DNA of 64,000 nt from contig CAYNSO010000002.1 of assembly GCA_964399735.1 (NCBI GenBank), positions 77,440 through 141,439 of the forward strand, read 5' to 3'. The translations under genes and the position numbers were made by a program. This document shows, piece after piece, positions 49,826-59,908 of the stretch (position 1 is the first letter of the stretch; every line of letters begins with the position of its first letter). The notes under the pieces were generated by a model, which saw only the letters and a list, made by a program, of their open reading frames with translations, had not been told where the DNA came from and made no database searches. The DNA is from an uncultured Cytophagia bacterium. Lineage in GTDB: Bacteria > Zhuqueibacterota > Zhuqueibacteria > Residuimicrobiales > Krinioviventaceae.

Positions 49826-50866
49826 ATGTCATTAACGATTCAAGAAAACCTGCAAGCAGCAGAAAAATTAATGATTCAGGGGAAAACAAAACAGGCCTGT
49901 CTGTTACTTGAGCAATTATCAACAGAAAATCCCGATAATATAACCATTCAGACGCTAACAGCCCGTTCTTATCTGGCATTGGGAAATACCGAACAAGCGT
50001 ATAAAATTTACACGCCGCTGTCCATCGCTTCGAGGCCGGAATATGCCGAGGCTCGCCCGGAAGCGCTGTTGGCGCTGGGTAAATACAAAGCCGCCCTGCA
50101 TGATTACGAAGCATACTTTAAACGTTCCGGCGAAGTATTGTTTCTTGCCGCCCTGGCTGCCTATAAATGCGGTGTAATTGTCAAAGCCAGGTTGTTGCTT
50201 AAACAGGCGGTAAGCAGACAATATGAATGGAATGAAAATACATTGGCAGATGCGTTGGTACTGCATGTTTTACCGGGGTTTGAATTTATGGATTTTGAAC
50301 AACTGTATCTCGATGCGGTTGAGCAGGTTGAAAATCCAACAGATAATTATAACAACCGCTGGATGTCAATCAGCATACCTGTATTTGAATTCTTGCAAAA
50401 TCCGGCACAGAAAAAACAAAATATGTCACAACTACTGAATTTATTGGGTACAACCGAGTTTACTGCGGTTTTTGAGAACGGCAAAACCGAACTGGAAAAC
50501 ATGTTGCAGGAAATGACCGATCTGGAAACCGATGCCCGTTTTGGTCTGGAAGCGTTAAAGTTGTTGCAGGAAAACAAGTATTCTGCATTAGCCGGGCTGC
50601 TGATGGCTCTGCTGCTGGAACAAACCAGTCGAGACTGTGCGTTATTTGGTCTGGATCAAAAATTTATCAAATCTTCACAATTACAACAACTGCTGGTTGC
50701 ACTCCCCCTGGGTATCGCTACGGCGTTATTATTACTTTTCTCTATCGCCAATCCCCTCGAACAGCATCATGAACAAATACAAAAAATGGATGAAAATATA
50801 GTAACAGGTTTGTTAGTATTATGTGTTGTTACCTGTAACCGGGAAATAAAAAAGTTGCAGAACTGA
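49826..50866 (+). CDS. hypothetical protein with N-terminal TPR-like helical repeats and C-terminal TM segment
   Basis: 346 aa. N-terminus is TPR-like (AEKLMIQGKTKQACLLLEQL..., LALGNTEQAYKIY). One hydrophobic helix near the C-terminus (LLVALPLGIATALLLLFSIA). Starts 13 nt after the selenoprotein stop. Confidence 0.5.
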   Translation: MSLTIQENLQAAEKLMIQGKTKQACLLLEQLSTENPDNITIQTLTARSYLALGNTEQAYKIYTPLSIASRPEYAEARPEALLALGKYKAALHDYEAYFKRSGEVLFLAALAAYKCGVIVKARLLLKQAVSRQYEWNENTLADALVLHVLPGFEFMDFEQLYLDAVEQVENPTDNYNNRWMSISIPVFEFLQNPAQKKQNMSQLLNLLGTTEFTAVFENGKTELENMLQEMTDLETDARFGLEALKLLQENKYSALAGLLMALLLEQTSRDCALFGLDQKFIKSSQLQQLLVALPLGIATALLLLFSIANPLEQHHEQIQKMDENIVTGLLVLCVVTCNREIKKLQN

Positions 50867-50901
50867 GATTCTCCAAAAAACTGAAAAAAGGAGGTTTGCT
50901 T

Positions 50902-52452
50902 ATGCTGGCCGAATTTCGCAATGAAAGTTATATGGATTTTTCCAAACCCGAACATGCACAGGCACAAAAAGAAGCGCTGCAAAAAGTAAAAGATCAGTTT
51001 GACAAAACCTGGCCCCTCTATATTGACGGCAAGGATGTTACCACCAACGCCGTGTATAAAAGTTATAATCCTTCGCGCAAGGAAGAAGTGGTCGGTACAT
51101 TTTACAAAGCCGGAAAAAAGGAAGTGGATATAGCAATGGATGCAGCATTACGGGCTTTTGAAAAATGGAAAAAAGTTGCGCCAAAAGAACGGGCGATTGT
51201 GCTGCTCAAAGCCGCGCAGATCATGCGCAAAAGGAAATATGAAATCAACGCCTGGATGATCTATGAAACCGGCAAAAGCTGGGCAGAAGCTGAGGCCGAC
51301 ACTTCGGAAGCGGTCGATTTTCTGGATTTTTACGGTCGGGAAATGATTCGCTGGAGTGAAATCAAGGGCGCCACATCGTTCCCGAATGAATACCCGGAAC
51401 AAGTCTATATTCCGCTGGGCGTGGGTGCGGCCATTCCGCCGTGGAATTTCCCCATGGCTATTCTTACCGGAATGACCACTGCCGCGATCGTCGCCGGCAA
51501 TACCGTGCTGCTCAAACCGGCCAGCGATTCTCCCGCTATTGGTTACCGCCTTGTCGAGATCATGCGCGAAGCGGGCCTGCCGGACGGTGTACTCAACTTT
51601 ATCCCCGGCAGCGGCGCAGAAATAGGCGACTATATTGTACAGCATCCGAAAACGCGTTTTATCAGCTTTACCGGCTCCAAAGAAGTGGGCTTGCGCATCA
51701 ACGAGCTGGCCAGCCGCCTTTCACCCGGCCAAATCTGGATCAAGCGGGTGATTACAGAAATGGGTGGCAAGGATACTATTGTGGTAGACAGCGAAGCCAA
51801 CCTTGAAGATGCCGCTGCAAATATCGTCGCATCAGCATTCGGTTTTCAGGGACAAAAATGCTCGGCTTGCTCGCGTGCCATTCTGGTTGAAGATATACAT
51901 GACCAGGTTTTGGAAATGGTAGTTGAACGCGCCAATAAACTCAGCGTTGGCGATGTGGAAGACCCGGCGTTTTATATGGGGCCGGTGATTAACAAGGCTT
52001 CGGAAGAGAAAATACTTTCCTATATTGACTATGGCAAAAAGAACCATAAACTGGTGGCTGGCGGCAATAAATTATCCGATAAGGGTTATTTCATTGCACC
52101 GACGGTCTTTGCCGGGGTGAATCCCGGTTCCAGACTGGATCAGGAAGAAATCTTTGGTCCTGTGCTGGCGGTACTCAAGGTGAAAAATTTTTCAGAAGCA
52201 ATACAGATAGCCAACAGTACAGAATATGGCTTGACCGGCGCAGTCTATACCAGAAATCGTTTCAAGATTGAAACGGCCAAGCAGGAATTTCATGTCGGCA
52301 ACCTGTACATTAACCGCAAATGCACCGGCGCGATGGTTGGCGCCCATCCCTTTGGCGGCTTTAACATGAGCGGCACGGACTCGAAAGCCGGCGGTCGCGA
52401 TTACCTGGGCTTGTTCATGCAAGCCAAGTCTATTAGTGAAAAGCTGCTATAA
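50902..52452 (+). CDS. rocA: L-glutamate gamma-semialdehyde (1-pyrroline-5-carboxylate) dehydrogenase
   Basis: Near-collinear with Bacillus RocA. Motifs [28 protein letters not shown] (catalytic Glu), [13 protein letters not shown] (catalytic Cys), [32 protein letters not shown]. The ATG at 50902 is preceded by GGAGG; the ORF-track start is a TTG at 50896. Confidence 0.9.
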   Translation: MLAEFRNESYMDFSKPEHAQAQKEALQKVKDQFDKTWPLYIDGKDVTTNAVYKSYNPSRKEEVVGTFYKAGKKEVDIAMDAALRAFEKWKKVAPKERAIVLLKAAQIMRKRKYEINAWMIYETGKSWAEAEADTSEAVDFLDFYGREMIRWSEIKGATSFPNEYPEQVYIPLGVGAAIPPWNFPMAILTGMTTAAIVAGNTVLLKPASDSPAIGYRLVEIMREAGLPDGVLNFIPGSGAEIGDYIVQHPKTRFISFTGSKEVGLRINELASRLSPGQIWIKRVITEMGGKDTIVVDSEANLEDAAANIVASAFGFQGQKCSACSRAILVEDIHDQVLEMVVERANKLSVGDVEDPAFYMGPVINKASEEKILSYIDYGKKNHKLVAGGNKLSDKGYFIAPTVFAGVNPGSRLDQEEIFGPVLAVLKVKNFSEAIQIANSTEYGLTGAVYTRNRFKIETAKQEFHVGNLYINRKCTGAMVGAHPFGGFNMSGTDSKAGGRDYLGLFMQAKSISEKLL

Positions 52453-52475
52453 CAAGTTGGCAGTGTATTGATTCG

Positions 52476-52512
52476 ACAGCAGGGGTAATTTATTATTGCC
52501 CCTGCTGTTTTT
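52476..52512 (+). terminator. rho-independent terminator after rocA
   Basis: Stem ACAGCAGGGG / CCCCTGCTGT with a 13-nt loop, then TTTTT. Confidence 0.65.
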
Positions 52513-52906
52513 ACAAGTAGCTGCCAGTTGTTAATTTCAGTCAAATTGTCAGTTTTTAGTTATTAATGTATATCTAATTTTTCCCGGGAAAGGCAAGAAT
52601 CATTTCTTCTTTGTGAGATTTTCATTCAATAGCAGCAAAAGTTCTGTTTTATGTTTCACTTCTCACTTTTGACGTTTCACATCTAGCCACGATCGTATAT
52701 TCAATTTTGCGAGGCGCGCGGATATGGATGTTAATTTATAATGGGACGGTAGAAAAATAGCCATACACTGGTGGATCAAAAACAGTCCGCAGGTGCTTAT
52801 AATATCAGCTTTTATGGGGTAATTTACCAGTTGCGGGTATTTTATAAACTGAGGCTGTATCAAAAGCCCCAATTTGAGAAGGGTTAATAAAGCATAAAAC
52901 TATTTT

Positions 52907-52989
52907 GTCATTTCAAGCGAAGCGAAAAATCTTGTTTTTCAATATGTTAGCGATAAAAGATTCCTCGTCGCTTCGCTCCTCGGAATGAC
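52907..52989. repeat. imperfect inverted repeat (~33-nt arms, ~24-nt spacer) in long intergenic region
   Basis: Left arm GTCATTTCAAGCGAAGCGAAAAATCTT. Right arm AAGATTCCTCGTCGCTTCGCTCCTCGGAATGAC. The conserved blocks are GTCATT, CGAAGCGA and AATCTT. Confidence 0.5.
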
Positions 52990-53176
52990 ATGAATGGTTT
53001 TTTTAGGCTTTTGATACAGTCCTGGGCGCAAATTAAAAAGACAATATTTGTAAGTAAATAAAAAAGAGAATTGATTTTGCCAGTTCCACTACTCTATACC
53101 GATTGCTTTACGCAGTGCCGGAATTATTTTTACAGAATTGGATAAAAGATAGAAAAAATCAATAAATACAGAGGGG

Positions 53177-53210
53177 CAAAAAAAACCCCGGTCAATATAA
53201 TTAACCGGGG
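53177..53210 (-). terminator. rho-independent terminator of cspA (minus strand)
   Basis: Hairpin CCCCGG-TCAATATAATTAA-CCGGGG with an A8 run on the plus strand, which is a U-run on the minus strand immediately 3' of the csp stop. Confidence 0.7.
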
Positions 53211-53229
53211 TAATAAATCGAGGTGAAAC

Positions 53230-53430
53230 TTAGATTTTCGAGACGTTGACAGCCTGTAAGCCCTTTGCGCCACTTTCGACATTAAAACGTACCTGGTCGC
53301 CTTCATTCAGCGATTTATAGCCTTCACCTTCAATAGCTTTGAAATGAACAAATACGTCATCGCCAGATTCACGGGTAATAAAGCCAAAACCTTTTGCGCT
53401 GTTAAACCATTTTACGCTTCCTGTTTCCAT
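53230..53430 (-). CDS. cspA: cold-shock protein (CspA family)
   Basis: 66 aa. [15 protein letters not shown] (RNP1) and VFVHF (RNP2). RBS AAGGA. Confidence 0.92.
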   Translation of the reverse strand: METGSVKWFNSAKGFGFITRESGDDVFVHFKAIEGEGYKSLNEGDQVRFNVESGAKGLQAVNVSKI

Positions 53431-53678
53431 TTTTTAAATCCTTTACTTTTGTTTGTTCCTTGTACTGTCTGTCGTCGGGCATTCCAGGCAAAAAAAAATC
53501 GCTTTGACTAGTTTTCTATTCGCAGCGAATTTCATTTTATGAGTTGTTATTTTAACAAAACCACCTGAACTGAAAAGCTTGAAACAGTGTACTAATTTTT
53601 ACATATTAATATACAATACAATATTTTAAAATGCAATAAAAAAAATTGCTTTTTTTAAAATAATTTACTTTTTTTATC

Positions 53679-53708
53679 TTGACAAAAAATTATTCTGAAC
53701 TTGATAAT
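53679..53708 (+). promoter_or_regulatory. sigma70-like promoter (TTGACA-18-GATAAT) upstream of T9SS LamG protein gene
   Basis: -35 TTGACA at 53679-53684 and -10 (T)GATAAT at 53702-53708. About 270 nt upstream of the ATG at 53977. Confidence 0.35.
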
Positions 53709-53976
53709 TTTTATGAATAAAGTTCCAAAAATGAATTGCACATGCTTATATTTCTCATATTTTTTACCAATACCCTGTTGGCTTACTTTTGTTCAAGTGG
53801 ACTTGTTGTAAAACATTATAATAAAAGGATCTGATTTGACCAGGCGGAAATATTTTGCGTCTAAAGATTGTACATATATAGAGTTTTGTTCTGGAGAATT
53901 GCAGCTTTTACAATTTTAAATCTAGCTGCCGGTTAACAGAAAAATTAATTTTTCATTTACATGGGTGTAAAAAATA

Positions 53977-56900
53977 ATGCACATCAGAGTAAAACTTTAT
54001 TTGTGGATGCTTTTTATTGGTTCAACATCACTATTGGCCGGACAAGTTATGGTCGATCGAATTGAAATGATGCCGAACCAACCTTCCCCGTATCTCATGC
54101 GCAACTGGAAAGCCGTAACGCTTGGTTACGATTCTCTGGTGTTTGACTATGCCCGCACCGGCCAGTACTTGCCCCTGGTGTGGCGTAATACCAGTCCGGT
54201 AAATTATCCTGAACACAACAGTTTTGGTCTGCATACGGTAGTTGGTACCAGCGATCCGCACAATTCCGAAACGATCAATGTCCTGCCGGCGGTAATTGGT
54301 GCAACGCTAGTTGGAATAGACAAGAGCAATCATAACGGCGAAAACTGGGTATTAATGTGTGAAGAATACTTTAACCGCCGACCCGAAGAGAATATCTATC
54401 TAAATCAACCGGTAGCACAAAGTGGTGATGACTGGTGGTATACAACCATGCCGAATGTATTTTTTTATCAACTTTATGATTTGTATCCCGATGTTGGTGA
54501 TTTTGCCTGGCAATTTACCACCATAGCCGATCAATGGCTGGCAGCGGTTGAAAAGATGGGCGGCTCGCTCACTCCATGGAAAACACCCTATATGAACTAT
54601 CGCGGTTGGATATTTTCAACCATGAAACCTTATAGCAGCGGTGTAACGGAACCTGAAGCGGCAGGAGCAATTGCCTGGATGTTATATAATGCTTTTATTG
54701 AAACCGGTTATGAAAAATACCGTATCGGTGCGGAATGGGCGCTGGAATTTTTAAATAACTGGTCCGCAAACCCTGCATACGAATTGCAGCTACCTTTTGG
54801 CGTCTATGCGGCAGCGCGAATGAATGCCGAACTGGGTACCCGTTTTAATGTAGAAAAAATGGTGAACTGGTGTTTTGACAAAACCCTGCTGCGACACTGG
54901 GGCGCAATTGTCGGCACGTGGGGCGGCCTTGATGTCAGCGGTCTGATCGGTGAAATTTATGATAATGACTATGCATTTTTAATGAATGGTTTTGAACAGG
55001 CCGGCGCGCTTGTACCCATGGTTCGTTACGACGACCGCTTTGCCCGCGCGATTGGTAAATGGATGCTTAATCTCGCCAATGCCTCACGCCTGTTTTATCC
55101 CAATTATTTACCGGCAAACAAACAGGATAGTGAAGCGTGGTCGTATCAGTATGATCCGTTCTCATATATCGGTCACGAGGCGCTGCGTAAATCTCAATAC
55201 AACACCAGCCCATTCGCCACCGGGGACGCTATTACCGGCGGTTGGGGCGCAACCAATCTCGCCCTCTATGGATCTTCGCATGTGGGCATCCTCGGCGGTA
55301 TTGTGGATACGACCAATATTCCCATGATCTTGAAACTGGATGTCCGCAAAACCGATTATTTTAACAAAAATGCTTACCCGACTTTATTGTTTTATAATCC
55401 TTACGACGCTGAACAAATTGTACAATTGAATGTCGGCGCTGAATCTCATGATTTATATGATGCAGTAACCAATACATTTATTTCATTTGGCGTATCGGGA
55501 ATGACTGAAATTTCCCTGCCGGCAGACGAGGCTATACTGCTTGTACAATGCCCGGCTGCGGGAAACATTACCTATCGTTATAACCAGATGCTTGTTAATG
55601 GTATTGTTGCCGATTATAATAGCGAAATGTACTCAGGCAATTATCCGCCGCGCATTAAAGGCCTGGCGGCGCTTCCACAAATTACAAGTCTTGCTGAAAC
55701 CGTAACTCTGTACTGCGCGGCAGAAGACCCGGAAATGCAAGCCATTACATACGCCTGGTATGATAATTCTGGACAACTTATCGGACAAAACATGACGCAG
55801 CAATGGCTGGCCCCGAATGAACTCGGCGATTATATGTTGTTTTGCGTGGTCAGCGACGATAATGGCGGCGCCGATACCAGTTCAGTAGCACTTTCAGTTA
55901 TTGACAATCATTTCCCGGTAATTGAAACACTTTTTGCCAACCCGTCAATAATCAATCCGTTTGAAACTTCCACCCTCACCTGTCAGGCGCGGGATGAAGA
56001 TGGCGACAGTCTGGTCTTTACCTGGGAAGCAAGACAAGGGACAATTACCGGCAGCGGTAGTGTGGTCTCATGGACAGCTCCGGCAGACGAAGGCTATTAT
56101 AACGTAATCAGCCGGGTAACGGATGCCCGCGGTAGTTCAGATTGTGATAGTGTCGGCGTGGTCGTTGGCAATCTGGTTGGTTTTTATCAGTTACAAGGCA
56201 ATATGCACGATCACAGTGTTTTTGCCAATCACGGAACCACCGGTAATGTAACATATACTGCTGATCGCTTTGGAAATCCGGGCTCTGCCGGTTATTTTGA
56301 CGGCATTGATGATTTTATCCGCATTCCCGTACATCCAACACTGATCTTTCAAGAGGCAATTACCCTGAATTTTTGGATGCAAATTGACGGGGCTATCAGC
56401 GATGAAGCGTATATCCTGTCGCATGGCAGTTGGGAGAATCGCTGGAAAATATCTTTATTGAACGATGGCCGGCTGCGCTGGACGATTAAAACCAGCAATG
56501 GCGTAGTTGATGTGGATTCCAAAACCAAATTCACTGCCGATTCATTATATAATGTTTGTGTTAGTTATAATGGCGTTCAGGCAGCAATCTATATTAATGG
56601 AACTGCCAATGCCGCAGTAAACTGGACCGGCTTGATCACCTCAACCGGTTTTGACTTGACCATCGCCCAGCGTTTTCCAGGTGACAATCAATACAACTAT
56701 CCAGGTATTCTGGACGATATTCGCATCTACAATAAAGCGCTAAGCGCCATGGAAATAAAAGCGCTTTACGACATTCCCGTAACAATTCATAAAAACGGTA
56801 ATACTCAGATACCGGCATCCACACGGTTATTACCGGTATTTCCAAATCCATTTAATACCGGCACAATAATACAATACGAGTTAAAAGATCAGACACAAGT

Positions 56901-57093
56901 GACGATATATATATATAATTCATTGGGCCAAATTGTAACGACTCTGGTCGATGCAAAACAATCGCCCGGAACCGGAAAAATTTTATGGAATGGGTATGAC
57001 GATTCAGGAAGAACCGTTGCCAGCGGTATCTATTTTATTGTGCTGCAAACCGGCGATACGATGAATAAACAAAAAATTATTCTGCTGCGATGA
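53977..57093 (+). CDS. large secreted protein: N-terminal ~540-aa domain of unknown (possibly glycosidase-like) function, two Ig/PKD-like domains, LamG (concanavalin-like) domain, T9SS C-terminal sorting domain
   Basis: 1038 aa. Signal peptide. Two Ig/PKD-like domains. LamG-like block (FDGIDDFIRIP...LNFWMQIDG...WENRWKISLLNDGRLRW...LDDIRIYNKALSAMEIKALY). C-terminal T9SS sorting domain LPVFPNPFNTGTIIQYELKDQTQVTIYIYNSLGQIV...GIYFIVLQTGD. Confidence 0.8.
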   Translation: MHIRVKLYLWMLFIGSTSLLAGQVMVDRIEMMPNQPSPYLMRNWKAVTLGYDSLVFDYARTGQYLPLVWRNTSPVNYPEHNSFGLHTVVGTSDPHNSETINVLPAVIGATLVGIDKSNHNGENWVLMCEEYFNRRPEENIYLNQPVAQSGDDWWYTTMPNVFFYQLYDLYPDVGDFAWQFTTIADQWLAAVEKMGGSLTPWKTPYMNYRGWIFSTMKPYSSGVTEPEAAGAIAWMLYNAFIETGYEKYRIGAEWALEFLNNWSANPAYELQLPFGVYAAARMNAELGTRFNVEKMVNWCFDKTLLRHWGAIVGTWGGLDVSGLIGEIYDNDYAFLMNGFEQAGALVPMVRYDDRFARAIGKWMLNLANASRLFYPNYLPANKQDSEAWSYQYDPFSYIGHEALRKSQYNTSPFATGDAITGGWGATNLALYGSSHVGILGGIVDTTNIPMILKLDVRKTDYFNKNAYPTLLFYNPYDAEQIVQLNVGAESHDLYDAVTNTFISFGVSGMTEISLPADEAILLVQCPAAGNITYRYNQMLVNGIVADYNSEMYSGNYPPRIKGLAALPQITSLAETVTLYCAAEDPEMQAITYAWYDNSGQLIGQNMTQQWLAPNELGDYMLFCVVSDDNGGADTSSVALSVIDNHFPVIETLFANPSIINPFETSTLTCQARDEDGDSLVFTWEARQGTITGSGSVVSWTAPADEGYYNVISRVTDARGSSDCDSVGVVVGNLVGFYQLQGNMHDHSVFANHGTTGNVTYTADRFGNPGSAGYFDGIDDFIRIPVHPTLIFQEAITLNFWMQIDGAISDEAYILSHGSWENRWKISLLNDGRLRWTIKTSNGVVDVDSKTKFTADSLYNVCVSYNGVQAAIYINGTANAAVNWTGLITSTGFDLTIAQRFPGDNQYNYPGILDDIRIYNKALSAMEIKALYDIPVTIHKNGNTQIPASTRLLPVFPNPFNTGTIIQYELKDQTQVTIYIYNSLGQIVTTLVDAKQSPGTGKILWNGYDDSGRTVASGIYFIVLQTGDTMNKQKIILLR

Positions 57094-57161
57094 CAAGCTG
57101 GTACACAAGAGTAATAAATACAAACAAGGATGGCAACATAAATTCAAGACAATACAGGTAA

Positions 57162-59693
57162 ATGCAGATGACAGAAATGATAATACCGGATAATGGAAAA
57201 TTTCAGAGTTTTATACCTGGACAGGGAGTGGCTCAACAAGTATTTATGCCGGAATACAAGGACGATTCATGGCTTCCTATTCAGATTCCCGGCGATATTC
57301 ATATAGCGCTGTACAAAGCCCAGGTAATTCCTGATCCGTTTTACGATCAAAATGAAAATCAATTACAGTGGATCGAAGAAAAAGAATGGTGGTATCGTCT
57401 GCACTTTAAAGCAGATAGCAATAAAAGTCAAAAAGATGAACGTATTATGCTCATCTGCCGCGGACTCGACACCTTTGCCACTTTGTGGCTGAATGGCAAA
57501 AAAATCGGAACAACAAAAAACATGTTCCATGATTACCAGTTTGACATTAGTAGAAATATTCAGTCTGGAGAAACAAATGTTCTGGCAATCTGTTTTGATC
57601 CACCTCAAGCGCACAGCATTCCCAATCTGCCCTTTCAGCCCTGGGGCATTAATTCGGAACGCATCTCCTACCGCAAAGCGCAATTCAGTTTTGGTTGGGA
57701 CTGGGCGCCGCGCTTTCCAACCATCGGCGTTTACCGCCCGATTGAAATAGCAAGGCAAAAAAAAGCGGTTCTTGCCGGTATCCATTTTACAACCGATAAA
57801 TTATATCCTGAAAATAAAACAGCAGTTTTATCGCTCTCGATCGATATTGATAATTTTACCAGAAATAATGACATTCACATTCGTTATCAATTGCAGAATG
57901 CAGATGGCCAAACGGTCAAAGAAGAACGGCTTCAACTTGTTGGGCAAATGAAAAAAATGAAACAGCAAGTTACTTTTATGCTGTCGGATGCCAGTCTATG
58001 GTGGATCCATGAACTGGGTGAGCCGTATCTGTATCAACTAAAAGTTGAATTATTCTCCGGCAAAACACTCCTTGATTCAAATTCAATAGCTGTTGGTATT
58101 CGCTCGATTGAACTGGATCAATCCGTTGATGCGCGAGAGCCCGGCTGTCGTTTTTTCCGCTTTATTCTGAATGGAGCGCCCATATTTGCCAAAGGCGCCA
58201 ACTGGATTCCTGCGGATTCTTTTCCAGGCCGCTTGACAAAAAAAGATTATGAAAAGCTGATAATTGCCGCGCAACACGGCAACATGAACATGCTGCGGGT
58301 ATGGGGCGGCGGATTATATGAACATGATGATTTTTATGACCTGTGTGACCAAATGGGTATTCTGGTGTGGCAAGATTTCATGTTCTCCTGTGCCACATAC
58401 CCGGAAGCGCCCCTGGCTTTTGAGCAAGAAGTGCAAACCGAAGCCGAATACCAGGTGCAGCGGCTGCGTAACCATGCTTCATTGGCTCTATGGTGCGGTA
58501 ATAACGAAAACCAGTGGATACATGATAAAACCTATTGGGATCAACCAAATTATCAGGTACCGGGCAGCCTCTATTACAACACAATCTTGCCGCAAGCAGT
58601 GCAGGAACTTGACGGACATACCCCCTATTGGCCGGGTAGTCCTTATGGCGGTAACGATCATAACAGTATGAACGACGGCGATCGTCACAACTGGATGGTG
58701 TGGCATGGTGACCCGCCGCGCCTGTTCGGCGAAAAACCACAGGTCGATCAATCTCCAAACGGAGTATCGTATTATAATTACGCGCACGATACAGGCCGAT
58801 TTATCAGCGAATTCGGTATGCATGCCTCACCGGTTTTGGCAACCTTGCAGCGTTGTATGCCGCCCGAACAATTATATTTCCACAGTCCGGCGATGGATCA
58901 TCATAACAAGGATAATCCCAAAAACAAAGGCGATAATCTAATGCTTACCGTTACCGGCCTGCCGGATAACCTGCAGGACTATATTGATTACAGTATGATA
59001 ACCCAGGGGGAAGGGCTTAAATTTGCGATTGAACATTACCGTCGGCGCAAGCCGCATTGTTCAGGAACCCTGTTCTGGCAATTAAATGATTGCTGGCCGG
59101 CGCTAAGCTGGAGCGTTATTGATTATTACGGCTATAAAAAAGCAGGGTATTATTATGCCAAAAGAGCATTTTCACCAATTCTCGCGTCTTTCCGGCAGAC
59201 GGATAACGAAAGTGTACAATTATGGTTTACCAATGATCTGTTACAGGAAATAACTGATACGGTAATCATTCGCCATGCAGATTTTTCCGGTAATATTGTC
59301 TGGGAAAAAACCCTCGGCATACGCATTTCCCCAAACAGCAGCCGGATATTTATGAAAATGGATAAAGACTCACTTCAGGCCGATGCGATGCACTACCTGG
59401 TCGTATCCTCTGCTAACCAAAAATTTCCCAAAAACCGCTTTTTCTTTACTGCTATCAAAGATCTGCAGCGTAAACCCGGCCCAATAAGTACAACCATACA
59501 ACAAGAGAATGATCAGGTATATATCAATTGCAAGGCAAAGGATTATGCTTTTTTTGTTCATATAGCAATAACTACCCCGGAGTATGATTTAACTGATAAT
59601 TATTTCGATCTGGAAGCCGGTGAAGAACGAACCCTGGTCGTTACAGGTTTCCAATCAATCGAGGTAAGTGAAATACAAATAACCGGATTATAA
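57162..59693 (+). CDS. glycoside hydrolase family 2 beta-mannosidase
   Basis: 843 aa. GH2 sugar-binding, Ig-like and TIM-barrel domains. RGLDTFATLWLNGKKIG, NMLRVWGGGLYEHDDFYDLCDQMGILVWQDFMF, and the acid/base region LWCGNNENQW are typical of BmnA/ManB-type beta-mannosidases. Confidence 0.85.
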   Translation: MQMTEMIIPDNGKFQSFIPGQGVAQQVFMPEYKDDSWLPIQIPGDIHIALYKAQVIPDPFYDQNENQLQWIEEKEWWYRLHFKADSNKSQKDERIMLICRGLDTFATLWLNGKKIGTTKNMFHDYQFDISRNIQSGETNVLAICFDPPQAHSIPNLPFQPWGINSERISYRKAQFSFGWDWAPRFPTIGVYRPIEIARQKKAVLAGIHFTTDKLYPENKTAVLSLSIDIDNFTRNNDIHIRYQLQNADGQTVKEERLQLVGQMKKMKQQVTFMLSDASLWWIHELGEPYLYQLKVELFSGKTLLDSNSIAVGIRSIELDQSVDAREPGCRFFRFILNGAPIFAKGANWIPADSFPGRLTKKDYEKLIIAAQHGNMNMLRVWGGGLYEHDDFYDLCDQMGILVWQDFMFSCATYPEAPLAFEQEVQTEAEYQVQRLRNHASLALWCGNNENQWIHDKTYWDQPNYQVPGSLYYNTILPQAVQELDGHTPYWPGSPYGGNDHNSMNDGDRHNWMVWHGDPPRLFGEKPQVDQSPNGVSYYNYAHDTGRFISEFGMHASPVLATLQRCMPPEQLYFHSPAMDHHNKDNPKNKGDNLMLTVTGLPDNLQDYIDYSMITQGEGLKFAIEHYRRRKPHCSGTLFWQLNDCWPALSWSVIDYYGYKKAGYYYAKRAFSPILASFRQTDNESVQLWFTNDLLQEITDTVIIRHADFSGNIVWEKTLGIRISPNSSRIFMKMDKDSLQADAMHYLVVSSANQKFPKNRFFFTAIKDLQRKPGPISTTIQQENDQVYINCKAKDYAFFVHIAITTPEYDLTDNYFDLEAGEERTLVVTGFQSIEVSEIQITGL

Positions 59694-59793
59694 GCAAACG
59701 AATAACGCCCCCGCCCCACCAACACTACAATAAAACCGGGCAATTTTATCAAGTAAAAAAATTGATTTTTTTCAATTATTTCAAGAAAAGGAC

Positions 59794-59822
59794 TTGACAA
59801 ATTGCCTTAAATTTACTATACT
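59794..59822 (+). promoter_or_regulatory. sigma70-like promoter (TTGACA-17-TATACT) for LacI-family regulator gene
   Basis: Perfect -35 TTGACA at 59794-59799, a 17-nt spacer, and -10 TATACT at 59817-59822. Confidence 0.5.
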
Positions 59823-59827
59823 ACAAT

Positions 59828-59843
59828 ATCAAAACGTTTCGAT
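59828..59843. promoter_or_regulatory. 16-bp near-palindromic LacI-type operator (ATCAAAACGTTTCGAT)
   Basis: Central CG with 14 of 16 positions self-complementary. Sits immediately downstream of the -10 box. The core AAAACGTTTCGAT recurs at 59896-59908. Confidence 0.5.
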
Positions 59844-59894
59844 ATATTTGTGATATACAAAACTTAAATCCCTGTTAATTGTGGAATTATACAT

Positions 59895-59908
59895 AAAAAC
59901 GTTTCGAT
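59895..59908. promoter_or_regulatory. second copy of operator core (AAAAACGTTTCGAT) overlapping the regulator start codon
   Basis: Direct repeat of the 59830-59843 core. Ends in the ATG at 59907-59909 of the LacI-family gene. Confidence 0.45.

Noticed and set aside
52663-52872. 69-aa minus-strand ORF in the rocA-csp intergenic region
   Set aside because: No RBS, atypical composition, and it overlaps a region with repeat or hairpin structure. It was treated as non-coding.
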